DNA of 64,000 bases from Eledone cirrhosa (Eukaryota): positions 42,656,001 to 42,720,000 of the forward strand of contig OZ024741.1 of assembly GCA_964016885.1 (NCBI GenBank), in the 5' to 3' direction. Position 1 is the stretch's first letter; each line of letters begins with the position of its first letter. Under the pieces are notes generated by a model. That model did no database searches, was not told the DNA's origin, and saw only the letters and a list, made by a program, of their open reading frames with translations. The translations under genes and the position numbers were made by a program. Below are positions 31,726 to 45,372 of the stretch, piece after piece.

Positions 31726-33323
31726 CAGTGTCCCGCAAAAGTTTACAACACATTAGGAAAAATGCGGTTTTAGGTATTTTTAATAAAGTTAGGGTAATGA
31801 AAATTTAACTATCGATCGAACATATAATGAGGCATTTAATGATACAATCATAGTTTTAAAAAAATAACAAGGAAATAACTCATGAAGAAAAATAAAAATT
31901 TTTATAACGCAAAAGTTTACAACACATTTATTAAATCATCTCTTAATATTTCGTAGCGTAACCTTTGTTGCTAATTACAGCCTGTGGGGCGTTTGGAGTA
32001 GCCTCCTACAAACTTCTTGCATGTTTCTTGGCTAATATTTATCCATTCTTCACAACAAATTTTCTTTAGTTCAGGGATATTTTGGGGTTTCCTTTTTTGA
32101 ATTCTCTCCACAAATTTTCGATCGGGTTAAGATCTGGAGACTGACAGGGTCATTTTAGAACATTTATTCCATTCGTACTTAACCAAGATTGTGTTATCTT
32201 TGCAGTATGCTTTGGATTGTTATCTTGTTGAAAAAATCAACCTGGCTTTAAGCTGAGAGAATGTGCACTTTGATGTAAATTCCTTTGCAAAATACCTCTA
32301 TAATAAGTGCCACCCATTCTTCCTTCTATTAGTTCAATATTTCATACTCCTGTGGCACTAAAGCAACCTCCGACCATGATTGATCCACCTCCAAATTTTA
32401 CAGTTGGAATAGTATTCTTCAGCGAATATTCAGTACCTTTCTTTCTCCAGACTTTTGCCACAGCATTTCGACCAAAATGTTCAATTTTTGTTTCGTCCGA
32501 CTAAAGTACATCTTCCCAAAATGACGCAGGTTTGATGAGATGCTCATTTGCAAAGTTTAATCGACGAAGAACGTGTTTCCTCGTAAGAAGTGGTGTTTTC
32601 CTTGGAGACCTCGAGAAGATATTATATCGACGAAGTGAAAGACTAATTGTATCTGTGCTCACTTTTACTCCACTTTCTTCTAGGTCATCCTGAAGATTTT
32701 TAAGAGTACACCGGGGTTCGTTGCCAACCTTTCTCGTCAATAACCGAGCTGCACGTTTCTTTCTAGGACAACCAGAACTAATTAGAGGACAGATGGAATG
32801 ATGAGATTTCCAGTGACGAATTATTGTACCAACTGAACTCAATGGCAGATTTAACTGACAAGATATCTTTCTATAACCAACACCATTTGTATGAAGGTCT
32901 ACAATGCGTTTACAGAGGTCTTGATCAATCAGTTTATTTTTCCCCATATTGTCCATGTTTACAGGACGGTTGTCAATGTTTACAGGATGGTTGTCAGACA
33001 AATAATGATGTAATGTTTTTAATAGTCCTTAGAAGTTACCTTAAACCTAATCTAGAACATTCTACTGTATTTTAAATCTGAAAATTTAAGAATTTTCTTG
33101 AAAAAAAGCGATAAATATGAAATGTGTTGTAAACTTTTGCGTTATAAAAATATTGATTTTTCTTCATGTGTTATTTCCTTGTTATTTTTTTAAAAATATG
33201 ATTGTATCATTAAATGCCTCATTATATGTTCTATCAGTAGTTCAATTTTCATTACCTTAACTTTATTAAAAATACCTAAAACTGCATTTTTCCTAATGTG
33301 TTGTAAACTTTTGCGGGGCACTG
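31726..33323 (-). mobile_element. full-length Tc1-family transposon, IR-DR type
   Basis: TA-flanked cagtg...cactg; ~200-bp TIRs, each with outer and inner caaaagtttacaacacatt direct repeats. Confidence 0.92.
31945..32950 (-). pseudogene. Tc1 DD34E-type transposase, disrupted
   Basis: HTH GVGYRKIS, SGCPRK, RKTPLL, FWEDVL*SDETK, QQDNNPKH, QSPDLNPIENLW; internal stops and frameshifts. Confidence 0.88.
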
Positions 33324-33327
33324 TATA

Positions 33328-34250
33328 TATAATTGAATATAAAAGAACAACGAACACAGATATATACATATATGTGTTCAAATCGAAGGTACTAAATTCG
33401 CTAAGGTGAAAAGAATACTAACTATAGACAATGGGGTTTGCCAGACTCAATTTAAGAATAAATCAAGAAAATAAATACAAACCGGAATTGTGGTAACTAC
33501 CAATCACCCAGACAGCTTTGGTAATGCTGTTTTGCAAAATTAATTGTGAAGAGGAATACCATTTCTTGCTCATCAGTGGGTGAAGAATTAGTATCGTGGA
33601 CACTTCTAAGTATATTAAAAAACTGAATAGTGTGCGTATATATAATAACGCACAAGGTGTCTGAACTTATCGTTATACCATGTGCGTTATTATATATACG
33701 CACATTATTCAGTTTTTTAATAAACTTAGAAGTGTCCACGATACTAATTCTTCACCCACTGATGAACAAGAATTGGTATTCCTCTTCACAATTAATTTTG
33801 CGAAATAACATTACCAAAGCAGTCTGGGTGATTGGTAGTTCCCACAATTCTGGTTTGTATTTATTTTCTTGATTTATTCTTAAATTGAGTCTGGCAAACC
33901 TTATTGTCTATAGTTGGTATTCTTTTCACCTTAACGAATTTGGTCCCTTAGGATTTGAACACATATATGTATATGTCTGCGTTCGTTTTTCCTTTATATT
34001 CAATTATAGTATACGGCTCGGAAAAATCTCTTTCCTAGAGCTATTTTATTGTAAGAGGCTATTTTGAGTTTCTAACTCAATATATACTTTGATGTATTCG
34101 GCTCCGTTAATTTGTTGAGCTAATTCAAATGTCAAGTAAACCTGGCTGCTATTAGTGGTGTGAGTTTGTGAGACACGCTAAGTGCAGATACCATGTGCGT
34201 TATTATATATAAGGGACTATTTTGAGTTTCTAACTCAATATATACCTTTG
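33328..34250. mobile_element. foldback insert with ~325-bp arms and tail
   Basis: Arms 33328-33653 and 33681-34008, each containing a hammerhead motif. Confidence 0.8.
33753..33830 (+). ncRNA. type I hammerhead ribozyme (mirror copy 33505-33582, minus)
   Basis: Consensus of the two arms: caccca-CUGAUGA-gcaa..ttgc-GAAA-cagc attaccaaa gctg-UC-tgggtg. Confidence 0.75.
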
Positions 34251-34494
34251 ATATAGATATATATTATATAAATATATATATATATATATACACATATATA
34301 TATTCTGAGGCCATGCTGGGCCACCTCCCTTCTTGCTACACGTTCTATAACTATCTATATACCTCTATATACTATGTATATAGTTTAGAGATTGTAACGT
34401 CAAGTTACTGTTGGTTCACCAAAATGAGCACTCGATGCTTAGCTTCTAGTATATACTTTGCAATTGTACTAAGTAGAGCGTAGTAGTAAAAAGT

Positions 34495-34718
34495 ATGGAG
34501 GAGGTTTCAAATTATTATTAAGTTTATTCCGGTGTGACGCGCGTTTCGCAATTGATCAGCTCAAGGGTTGATCTTTATGGATCGAGCCCGACTCTGGAAT
34601 CAAAAGGTCATCAGATGTCTGTTTGCTAAATAATTATTATTAGGCAAACAAATATCAACCGCGAAACGCGCGTTGCAACTGAATAAACTTAATGATAAAT
34701 TGACACCTCGTCCATACT
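34495..34718. mobile_element. short foldback with hammerhead-like core
   Basis: Arms 34495-34549 and 34661-34718; minus strand has CUGAUGA (34608-34614) and GAAA-cgcgcg-UC, but stem I does not pair. Confidence 0.5.
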
Positions 34719-34726
34719 TATTATTA

Positions 34727-34782
<56 letters not shown>

Positions 34783-34783
34783 T

Positions 34784-34819
<36 letters not shown>

Positions 34820-34879
34820 CTCAAGCGTGAACCTAACACCTTTCGTAACTGTACTCCTTGTTGTTGTTATTCACTTTTC

Positions 34880-34991
<112 letters not shown>

Positions 34992-36639
34992 TCACTGTAT
35001 AGATCAATTGATCAATTAAGATTAAATAATAACATAAATGGTAACAACCAAATCCCACGTCACTATAACTGCTTCAAATAACATACCCTCACACAATACA
35101 ATTTGCTGATACTTTTAGTGGAGATATTCCTCGACATTCATTCACCCCACGCGACATACGAAGGAGACTGTGACATTAAACAAATATATGCCTCATGTGG
35201 AGCATTTCAGATCCATAATCTAAGAGACTGATAAAATCACATTCAGATCTCTAATATTCCTCGGTCAGCGGAATCACACCAAATCCTTATAGTCTAGAAA
35301 AGAGGCAAAGTCATAGCAATTCTGAAGGAACAAAATAAAAAAATAAAAATTAATTAGCATCAAGTAAACATTCATCCATTAATCTCCTATGCAGGCAAAT
35401 GTCTTAGAAAGACTCTCTCTTGACATCGGTACCCATACATCCCTCCCTTAATTTTAACAGTGCTTCAAACCATCATACTACCCATGAACCCAACACAGAT
35501 GTAAGATGTTGAATGCCCCAACTTCACTGCTACACACACACCAACCAGTAAATAGAGGCAACACTTTCCATTGCCTTCCTCGCTATATATCTACAATAAA
35601 GCTATTGAAAACTTACTTAAAAGAAAACAGAAAAGTAGAAAATTTCCTGTCAAGCCGTGAAAAACATGTTATGTGGAAGGAACCCGCGAGGTGGGTGGCT
35701 GTTGCAGTGGGTGTCGCTGCAGTGGGTGTTCACGAGAATGCTTCTGCGGTCTTGCCTGCGGGGTGCAGTCCCTTTACCGCTGCGCCCTGGGCCTCGAGCC
35801 CAATCATCCTCCAACTTCCCCTCCTCATTCTTCTGTGACACTGGCATTCTTGCCATTCTCTCCATTTTTCGGGGTTTTTTTTCTTTTTCTCTTTTTCTAT
35901 TAAAATGTATTTACATGATATATTCCACAAATAACATTACAAGGATGGTAGAGAAAAATCAAAAATCAATCCTGACTACTAGTATGAATAATCTTCCAAA
36001 TGTTGTACCACAGTGATTTATCTTCTCCCCCTTTCTATTTTAACACATACCTACACGACCTAACATACTGTCAGAACATAGACACAACCTCATACGTAGA
36101 TGTTCACTAGCTCACTACTTCTCTCATTTTATTCACCTTTCACAAGAAAGCAAAATAAATGGCGAAAGGTGTCACGTTACTTTGAGAGATTATTTTCTTT
36201 TTAACACAACAAATTTATAAATTGTTACTCACTTGAATAAACAAGCGATTTGTTGGAAAAATATCATCGCCTGTTTAAAATTATTCCAGTTTCAGATAAC
36301 TTTATTTGGTTTTTATTTGAAAGTATGTAAAAGGAGTGTAGACCATTTCTTGTTTAACTAGTTTCTCTTTTTATGTATTATTTTATTTTATTTTAAGCTA
36401 TATTTAGTTTTCGTTTACGCCTTCCCGCTCTTTTTATCCATTGAAATGCAATTCAATTAGATTTTACTTTGATATTTCAACCAACAGAGAGATAGATTTT
36501 GTTGTACGAATTGGTCTTCCAGGAACACTTTCAGAGTTCTGCAGTTTGGTAATAAAAATAAAGAGAATATTGCGTTATTCACTCACAGAATATATAAGAA
36601 AATACTAGTGCCATGTACGCAATATATATGAAATGTTAC

Positions 36640-36683
<44 letters not shown>

Positions 36684-36721
36684 GTATATTTACATACACT
36701 AGGCACACAGACGAACACATG

Positions 36722-36889
<168 letters not shown>

Positions 36890-36899
36890 ATATATATAT

Positions 36900-36970
<71 letters not shown>

Positions 36971-37829
36971 GCATGTGTTCGTCTGTGTGCCTAGTGTATG
37001 TAAGTATACAGGTACTTTTGCGTATGCGTTTATAATGTACGCCTTTGTGCCTCTTATATGTGCTGCAAGAACAATTTCATATGCGTAAATATAAGTGATT
37101 CCATTCATATATAGACACACACGTGCACAGAAGTACATACACTAACAAGAAAACATACATACTTGTACAACTCAAATGTAGATATGAGCCAAAGTAACAT
37201 TAGAAACAAGCTTGTACATTCATATGTTCTGATAGAATACCCATAATTCCTTTCGTGTATGTTCTTGCGGAAAGAAAAAAAATATATACGCACCATTGGT
37301 CAGTTCAGTGTAATTTTATCTAAAGCGTTGTGGACATAACATATAACTATTGACCCTGAAGCATAGCAATAAAACTGAGCTGCTGCTTACAATGTTCACA
37401 TTATGATCGCCATTTTGTAAGACAGGAAAAGCTTTCCACTTAACTGTAAAATTGGAAATGAATTTGCCATGTAATTTTCATTTTTCTTTTGTCAAAAACA
37501 ACATTTATAGAAAAGAAAAAGCTCCAGTTTCATAGAGTGTATTTAAAATTAGGTTCTTCTGATGTCTTACGCAATATTATATAGATTCATTTCATAAAGA
37601 TCAGTTGCCAACAGGATAAATATCTCCCTCTCCCGCCTGGACGAAGGAGTGTTTAGCGAATGGAAGAAATGAAGAAAAATTAAAGAAAAAGAAACAAAAT
37701 TCAGTGAAATATTTCTTTTTCACGGCTTGGCGAAAAAATTGTTGGAAGCTATTAGATATTTCATTAGAGTATAACATAGTCACTATCTATCTTCCTATCA
37801 ATCTATCACTTTCTACCCTTTCTCTCTAT

Positions 37830-38580
37830 ATATAATATATATAAAACTTGGACGGGAACAAAAACAGAGAGGCAGTACAAATAAAAGTTTATTAGGTTCA
37901 CGCTCTTGAGAGTGTGGGGCGGGGGGCGTTTCGGGCATAAGCCCTACATCAGGAGAAAGGTGGGTAAGAAGAGAGTTCCGACGGTGTATGGGGGAGTGGT
38001 GGAGAGACATTTAGAAAAAAAAAGGGGGGGGGGAATAAACATAAAAATAAACTTAAACATAAACAAGTGGTGGAAGGGTGTGAGGCGTGTAGGGGTGATG
38101 GCGGATAGAGTAGGGAGAAGGAGGCGGGTGGTCCGAGCGGGGAGGACTGAAGGTGGTGTTTGGTGTATGTGTACGTATGTGTGTGTGTTCGTGTGTATGT
38201 GAATGTGAAAGTTGGGGGAAGAACGAGGTTCCATGTTCAGGAAAAGGTGTCTGCGTGGGGTGGGGTGTAGGTCGGTGTGTGCGTGCGTGTGGATGGGGAG
38301 GGGTCAGGGGGGAGGGCGTGTGGAATCCGGAGGCTGAGTGTGTATATGTGGGGGTACGCACGTGTGTGTTGGTGTTTATACGTGGTGTTGATGTAGGTGG
38401 CGTGGTTCGAAAAAAAATTGTGCGTGTATGTCCTAAGGTAGTTCCGTGGAGTGTGTGATGAAATGCTGGATATTTTTAATTTTATGGAGTGGATAACTTG
38501 AACGATGACCGGTGGTGTGGAATCCGTTGGTTGTGGTGGTCGGAAGTGGAGAGATGTGGTGTGTGCGCGCAACGCCCCCC
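37830..38580 (-). mobile_element. Penelope-type pLTR/3' remnant
   Basis: Minus strand ctcctgatgtagggcttatgcccgaaacg (hammerhead-like, 37925-37958) followed by aataaa; related pieces at 21755-21785 and 34819-34880. Confidence 0.5.
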
Positions 38581-40780
38581 CCCCACATATATATATATAC
38601 GCAGGATTATATTATTTCTTAGGCATTTCTATTTCATATATTTATAGACACAGTTTTCTCTCTCTAATTCTACCTCTCTGCTTTCGCTCTATGTCGATCT
38701 AGACTACTTTCATATTTGTTTAAGCACCACCATTAAGGAAAACCCTTTAACGCTCTAAGAATGTATATTAGAATAAGGTTATAGCTTGTTCTATTTGTCT
38801 TTATTGGTTTCTCTTCATTAGTGTATTTATAATGTAGGAGAGGTCGAGGTTGTTTTCCTTAAATTTAAAGTAGTTCTGTTTAAAATGACGGCTCGGACAT
38901 CATTCCCGATAATATTCGAGTAAAGTAGTTGTTTATCTGATGAAAAGGATCTTTCTTATATTACAATATTGTTCACCTTATTAACACCTGGCTGGAAAGC
39001 ATGTCACTTCGGGAGATTTCTGCGGATGACGGAAGTTTTCTCACTATGAAGGCATGAGTTTTCTTCATCTAACCCTTGAACACTGTCCAAGTTTAGGCCA
39101 CATACAAATTATGGCTATATTTCTAACTCTGTAAATCTTTCACTTGAATCTATTGAAAATATTTGAGCAAAGATCTGCATATGTCATGTTTGCCTTTAAC
39201 ATCTTTTATTTCTCTGTTTCTACACGTAAGTCATTCTATATTGTACTACTAAGACACATTTTTCACTTTAATTTAATTCTATGAACGTTGATACATCCTT
39301 TCTGCGTTGACATAGAACTTGACTAGATGTTTCCTCCGAGACAAAACTTTTTAGATGTAGGGGAAAGAAAGAAGCCCCGATGATCTGTCTGTGACTTATG
39401 AACAACAAGTACGTTTTCATCTGTATAACCATCGAGCCTTGTTGTATGCTATGGACTACATTATCTAATGAGCTCTTCCTCTTTCTAAAAAGAAAAGTAT
39501 GCTATGATTTGAAAGATGTCGTGAGTTGATTTTGAAAGATGTCGTGGGTTGCATTGTAGCGTCGTGGTGTGTTCTTTATATATATATATTTTTTTAATGT
39601 GGAAAACCGGATATTGTAGCATTATATTGTCGTTATGTTGTAATGTGGAAAATGGTGTACTTTAGTGGACGTAAAATAGATGTATAGCTAAGATGTTCGT
39701 TTGTAATCATACTATAGCCTCGAATCGATCGTCGAAACCTTGTGAATAGAACTGAGTAGAAAGAAACTGTTTGGAAACCCGTCGGGTGGACAGAACCAGT
39801 AAATCGTAGAGCTAGTCGTGTCACATATTGTTTAACGTTGAATCTCCTCGAGAATTACGATAAGAAAGTACACGTGTCTGTTGAATGTTTAGCCACTTGC
39901 ACATTATTTTACGAGCACGATTGTCCGTTGATTGAACAATCAACGATGGCTGTGTATTCCATTTCATGAAAGTAACTAAAGATGGAAGAAATAGACGATA
40001 GTAATAACAAACAGAGACACTTAAAGAGAATTGTGATGGTAAATGAAATGAAAATATTTTCCTTGCTAGCAAGACTGCGTCAAGAAGAAACACTAATAGT
40101 TTATAATATAAAATAAAATATATTCTACTGAGGAAAAACCGTAAGTAGTTTGGCAATATTCATTTAATCAAAATTAATCTTTGAAATAGTTTGATTCATG
40201 TTAGTATATCTAAACCCCCGGGGTAAGGTTTTATTACGATTTCTTCTTGTTTTAATCCTACGTTTTGTCATCATTGTCATGGCGTCGATGAGAGAAATAG
40301 AAACTACTCAATTAATTAAAAAACAAAACAGATTGCGAACATTTCCAGGGGACTAGATATCATTAATTAAATCGCCGTGAATGATCAAGTTCTATCATTA
40401 TACAAGTTTTTATGGTAGCTTCCATTACCAAGATCTATAGAATCAAACCAGACAAAACCAGACCAAACTAGAGCAGTATGATAATGAGAATAACAAAACG
40501 GAAGAACATTTTAAAGGCAATACATTAATAAAAACAATTCAGTGGAGACAGAAAAGAACCACAGGTGAGTATGTAGTATCACCAGAATCACGATTGTTTT
40601 TCAAGGTATGCACTACGTGGTGTTAACATAAGCGACTGTGAGTACAAAACATTCCACTTGATGTGATCTCAATCCACCGCAATTTTAACCACGTAGCTGC
40701 TGTAGCAACTGGTGCTCATTTCAGCTGAGTAATCTAAGGAAACGTGAAATGATCTGTCTTGTATACAACACACATCACAT

Positions 40781-40920
40781 TCTTCTTCTTCTTCTTCTTC
40801 TTCTTCTTCTTCTTCTTCTTCTTCTTCTTCTTCTTCTTCTTCTTCTTCTTCTTCTTCTTCTTCTTCTTCTTCTTCTTCTTCTTCTTCTTCTTCTTCTTCT
40901 TCTTCTTCTTCTTCTTCTTC
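40781..40920. repeat. (CTT)n microsatellite
   Basis: Direct inspection. Confidence 0.95.
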
Positions 40921-41987
40921 TGCTGTTGCAGCTGCAGCTGCTGCATTAATGTGTTGCCTTTTCTTGTCTTGTAATTCTAAGCTAGGTTTCCATGTTTGTC
41001 AAAGCTCATACAGTGTTTTAAGTTTATATGTATATATGTATCATAGATTCAGGTTACAACGAAGAGTCCATGTAGAAATATGTATGCTACGACGAGAGAA
41101 GCTATCTAATAATATATGTGCAGGTGTACGTTATCTTACAATCTTGCGTATCATATGATTTATTCCCTGTATCTGTTTTCTTTCTTTTTAAATCATATTT
41201 AATGTTCTAATTGCCATGGGGATAATACAGACATTGAATACTCCCTTACACCATCTCTATTTCCTTTTTATCTCAATCTATCTTCTGCCACCTTCAGAAT
41301 ATTGTTTCGAAAAAAGAAAAAAGAAAATGGATTGATGTATTATTCTTTTATTCTTTTACTGGATTCAGTCTCTCGACAGTAGCTATGCTGGAGGACTGAT
41401 TTAGTCAGTCATATTAACCCCCAATAATTGTTGGGTATATATTTTGCAAAATATTCTATCATGAACCACTAATGTAAGGAAAATAAACAAATAGTGAATG
41501 TAACGACAGACACACACACACATATATATGAACTATGAATTAGGCGGGACACCGACGGCTGAGCTCTTGCCGTTTCAACAACATTTTCATCTTACCACAC
41601 TCTACTAGCGCAAGTATCGAGTACTCTGGTGAGTAATGGTCTAACATGTTTTTACTGCATCCATTTTGATATATATATATATATATGTGTGTGTGTATGT
41701 AGAAATAAACACAGTAAATTGTGTGTTTAAAATGTATTTCTACATATATTATAAAATGCTCAGTATTTATACTTTGAGCTTGTTGATTACAGTGTATTAA
41801 TATGAATGTCTAACTTTGCCTTTTATTTGAATTTCGGCTCCTTATTTTGGTGAGCTTGCAAGTTGAGTGAATTTAGGCTATTATTTCTACCCGATCCACT
41901 CACCCCACTTTGACACACGAGGTAACTTGTTCCCTCGTGTAGAATTTAGTTACTTTATTTCTTGTGTGTTTGTCCCATTTAATATTG

Positions 41988-42075
41988 TCTCCCGTTGACG
42001 ATATGCCTACGGATTATCTGTTACAAACACAATTTTCAGGGCGAAATAGATTAAATCTCTAATCTGTCCGGGAGA
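41988..42075 (+). ncRNA. type I hammerhead ribozyme motif within PLE remnant 41697-42281
   Basis: tctcccg-UUGACGA-..gcc..ggc-GAAA-tagatta aatctc taatctg-UC-cgggaga; 7-bp stem I, 8-bp stem III, C3U change. Confidence 0.65.
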
Positions 42076-42287
42076 TTAATAGTACTTTTTGTCTTGTATT
42101 TTCCGTTTGTTTCATAGTTTAAATTCGTCAACCATCGTGGTCTTTCAACCCTTGTAGTTTTAAACACACAATTTACTGTGTCTATTTCTACATATATTAT
42201 AAAATGCTCACTATTTAGACTTTGAGCTTATTGATTACATGGTGTTAATATGAGCGTGTCTAACTCTGCCTTTTATTTGTATATATA

Positions 42288-43974
42288 TATCATCATCATC
42301 ATCGTTTAACGTCTATCTTCCACGCTAGCATGGGTTTAGACGGGAATTGTCCCACTTAGGGCAAGATTGGTCGTCTCGCTCGTATAGGACTGTCTGGCAG
42401 GTTTTCTACGGCTGGATGCCCTTCCTAACACCAACCACGTTTACAGTGTAGACTGGGAGGTTTTTACCATGTTACCTACACGGCCACAGTACAGCGTGGA
42501 CTGTGTGTTTTTTTTTTGTCGTGACACCTACACAAGCTCATTTATTTTGTACTGAATGTTGTGGTACCAACATAACGTTACAGAGAAAGGGGTGGTGTTG
42601 ATGGGGGTGGGGGAGATGAGCTAGTGGATTGGGGGTGTATATTTGATTAAGAGGTGCCTACTGACTGTAGGTTTTGCTTTGTACTTAGGCAAGGAGAGTT
42701 TTTTTGTATTACTGCGTAGCGTCAAAGATCTCGGTCCAGTGACATTGTCTTAGAGATGTGTAAGTATGTATGGTCGGAATTTATCAAATCGTCCCAGGTT
42801 TTTCTGTGTCTGCCTACTCCGTAACTTCCGTCAATTTTGATCGCCCTGCACTTTTTTATACAGCTTTCGTCTTTCATGCGCATCACGTGACCATACCAAC
42901 GTAGTCTTCTCTTGAGTAAACAGCATCTGATCCCTCTTATACCTAATTTCTCACTTAGTTCTTTTATGCTTTGCTGTTCACGTATGTTACTATTAACATC
43001 CAGCGGAGCATGCATGCTTCGTTCCTCTCCAGTCTGCACAGATCATCTGCAGACAATGCCTATGTCTCACTGCCTTCTGACATAGCTTTTCGTATGCAGG
43101 CATCATACAATCTGACTTTCATTTTTAGAGAGAAACCTTTAGCGGCCAATAGTGGTATACGCTCTCTGAACCTTTTCCATCCCGTTCTGACTCTGGCTAC
43201 TGTACTTTCTGAGCACCCTTCACCACTGCTGATTGTGTCACTCATGTAACGGAAGGTGTCCACTATTTCTATAGCGCCATCTGGGCAATAGAAGGAGCTA
43301 GTATCTTGTGCGCACTTGCTACTTATTGCACCTGAGCACCAGCCACATATAAAATCTACGTTCTTAGATAGCTTACCTGTGATCCCACTACATCTTTTAT
43401 GCAGCCATATTTTGCATTTACGACATAAAATGGAATTTCTGCCAACTCCTTTCCTACACACTGAGCATGGCCATTTCCCAGAGGGGACTTGTGCCCTATT
43501 TTCCTTCCTACATATTAGAACTTTAGTCTTAGACAAATTAACTTTAAAGCCTTTTGATTCTAGGCCATGCTTTCATGTTTGGAATTGCTTCTCTAGTTCA
43601 GCCATCGATTCAGCTATGAGCGTTAGATCATCTGCATAGAGAAGTTCCCATGGGCAGCCGGTCTTGAACTCCTCTGTTATAGCCTGAAGGGCAATAATAA
43701 ATAGAAGGGGGCTAAGGACAGAGCCCTGATGAACACCAACTTTTACACTAAATTCTTCACTATATTCGTTGTTAATTCTAACCTTGCTGACTGTTTCTTT
43801 ATACATGGCTTGTATAGCTCTCACAAGCCATTCATCAACCCCTAGTTTTCTAAGGGCCCACCAAATAATGGCGTGGGGGACTCTTCTAAATGCTTTCTCC
43901 AAGTCAACAAAAGCTAAGTATAGGGATTTACTTTTAGCTACGTATTTCTCCTGTAGTTGTCGTACAAGGAAAAG

Positions 43975-43978
<4 letters not shown>
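42288..43978 (-). mobile_element. 5'-truncated RTE-clade LINE with Cys-rich insertion
   Basis: FVDLEKAF, GVHQGSVLSPLLF, LLYADD, CSVC..CRKC..H..C..C..C, RRLRWYGHVMR; (GAT)n tail at 42288-42303; stops and frameshifts. Confidence 0.9.
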
Positions 43979-44031
<53 letters not shown>

Positions 44032-44461
44032 CTACGCAAGCTTATACATAGTGGAGCAGAAGAAAATACTATATAATTGCGAACAGTGGTGCTCATTTAG
44101 CGAGAAACGAACCAGATATAATGTACTTGTTTCAGAAACCATGGCGGAAGTTAAATATTGGCACTACATTATTTTAACATTTTAACGTTATAGTTTACAT
44201 GGTTTAGGCACGTTTTTTTGTGTAGTCTCCTAATTAGATTTATAAGTCATTTATTTTCATTAGTAAATAATAATAATAATAATAATGGTGAATTCTACGT
44301 AGAATTCGATATCTATGAGGTATCTATTGTAAGTGTCTAGGAATACATATTATAAATGGCAGTTCTTGTTTTACCCAACACATTATATGTATGTATTTTT
44401 TGCTTGCTAAATGACCTGTCCCGATCTCAAGAATGTGGAGACGTCAAAAACAATTGGCCAC

Positions 44462-44518
<57 letters not shown>

Positions 44519-44522
<4 letters not shown>

Positions 44523-45131
44523 TCGCTCTACATGGCTGAATACAATAAATGTAATCTGAGCTTTTGGAATATTAATAATAATATTCGATTCGTTTGTAAA
44601 TATGCCAACAAGCCTCATTTTTAAAGCCATGTCAGTAGAATGAGCCCCTTATACTTGCTCTTGTGTTGGCATGTAACCAGAACTGCAGACACTAATGTTT
44701 CTGGGTATTACCTTTCATCAGTACAGTTCATTTTATTTTTAAATTTGGTAAAGCCGGCCATTAATCGCTCGTATAAAGGAAACTGACTGGCCAATCCACT
44801 GATATGCAAATATGACTGATCAGTGGATCTACTAATATGCAGATCTGACTGATCAGACACTCAACTAATATGCAAATGAGGGCGATCAGTCACCGTATAT
44901 TTTAGAAAATAGCATATATTTTCACTAGCTCTGACAATTGGCAGGTGAACAGTGAGCTGCACTGATGAAGGGTGATACCCAGAAACATTAGTGTCTGCAG
45001 TTCTGTTTACATGCCAAGACAAGAGCAAGAATGAAGGACTCATTCTACTGACATGGCTAATTGAGGGTTGTTTGCATAATTGCAAACGAATCGAATAGTA
45101 TTATTAATATTCGAAAAATTCAGATTACATT
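44519..45131. mobile_element. foldback insert with hammerheads
   Basis: Arms 44548-44730 and 44953-45131, with a short tail on the left. Confidence 0.8.
44954..45003 (+). ncRNA. type I hammerhead ribozyme (mirror copy 44680-44729, minus)
   Basis: gagctgca-CUGAUGA-agggtgataccca-GAAA-cattagtg-UC-tgcagttc; complete core, GUC site. Confidence 0.8.
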
Positions 45132-45149
45132 CATATATACATATATATA

Positions 45150-45372
45150 TAAAAGGAACGATCGACTTTCGTCAAATCGGACCGAGGGAACAATGTTTCC
45201 GTTGGTCTTTCCAATTGCTAATACTATCTATTGGTCGCAACTCCAGGTAGAAGGAGCAACGTGAAAATAAAGTACCTTGTTCAAGGACATAACGCATCGC
45301 CTGGTCCAGGAATCGAACTCACAACCTTACGATTGCGAATCCAATTCTTTAACCACTCAGCCACACGCCTTC
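45150..45372 (-). mobile_element. tRNA-derived SINE, second family
   Basis: Minus strand gtggctgagtggttaa (A box) and gagttcgattcc (B box); aagtaccttgttcaaggac core. Confidence 0.7.
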
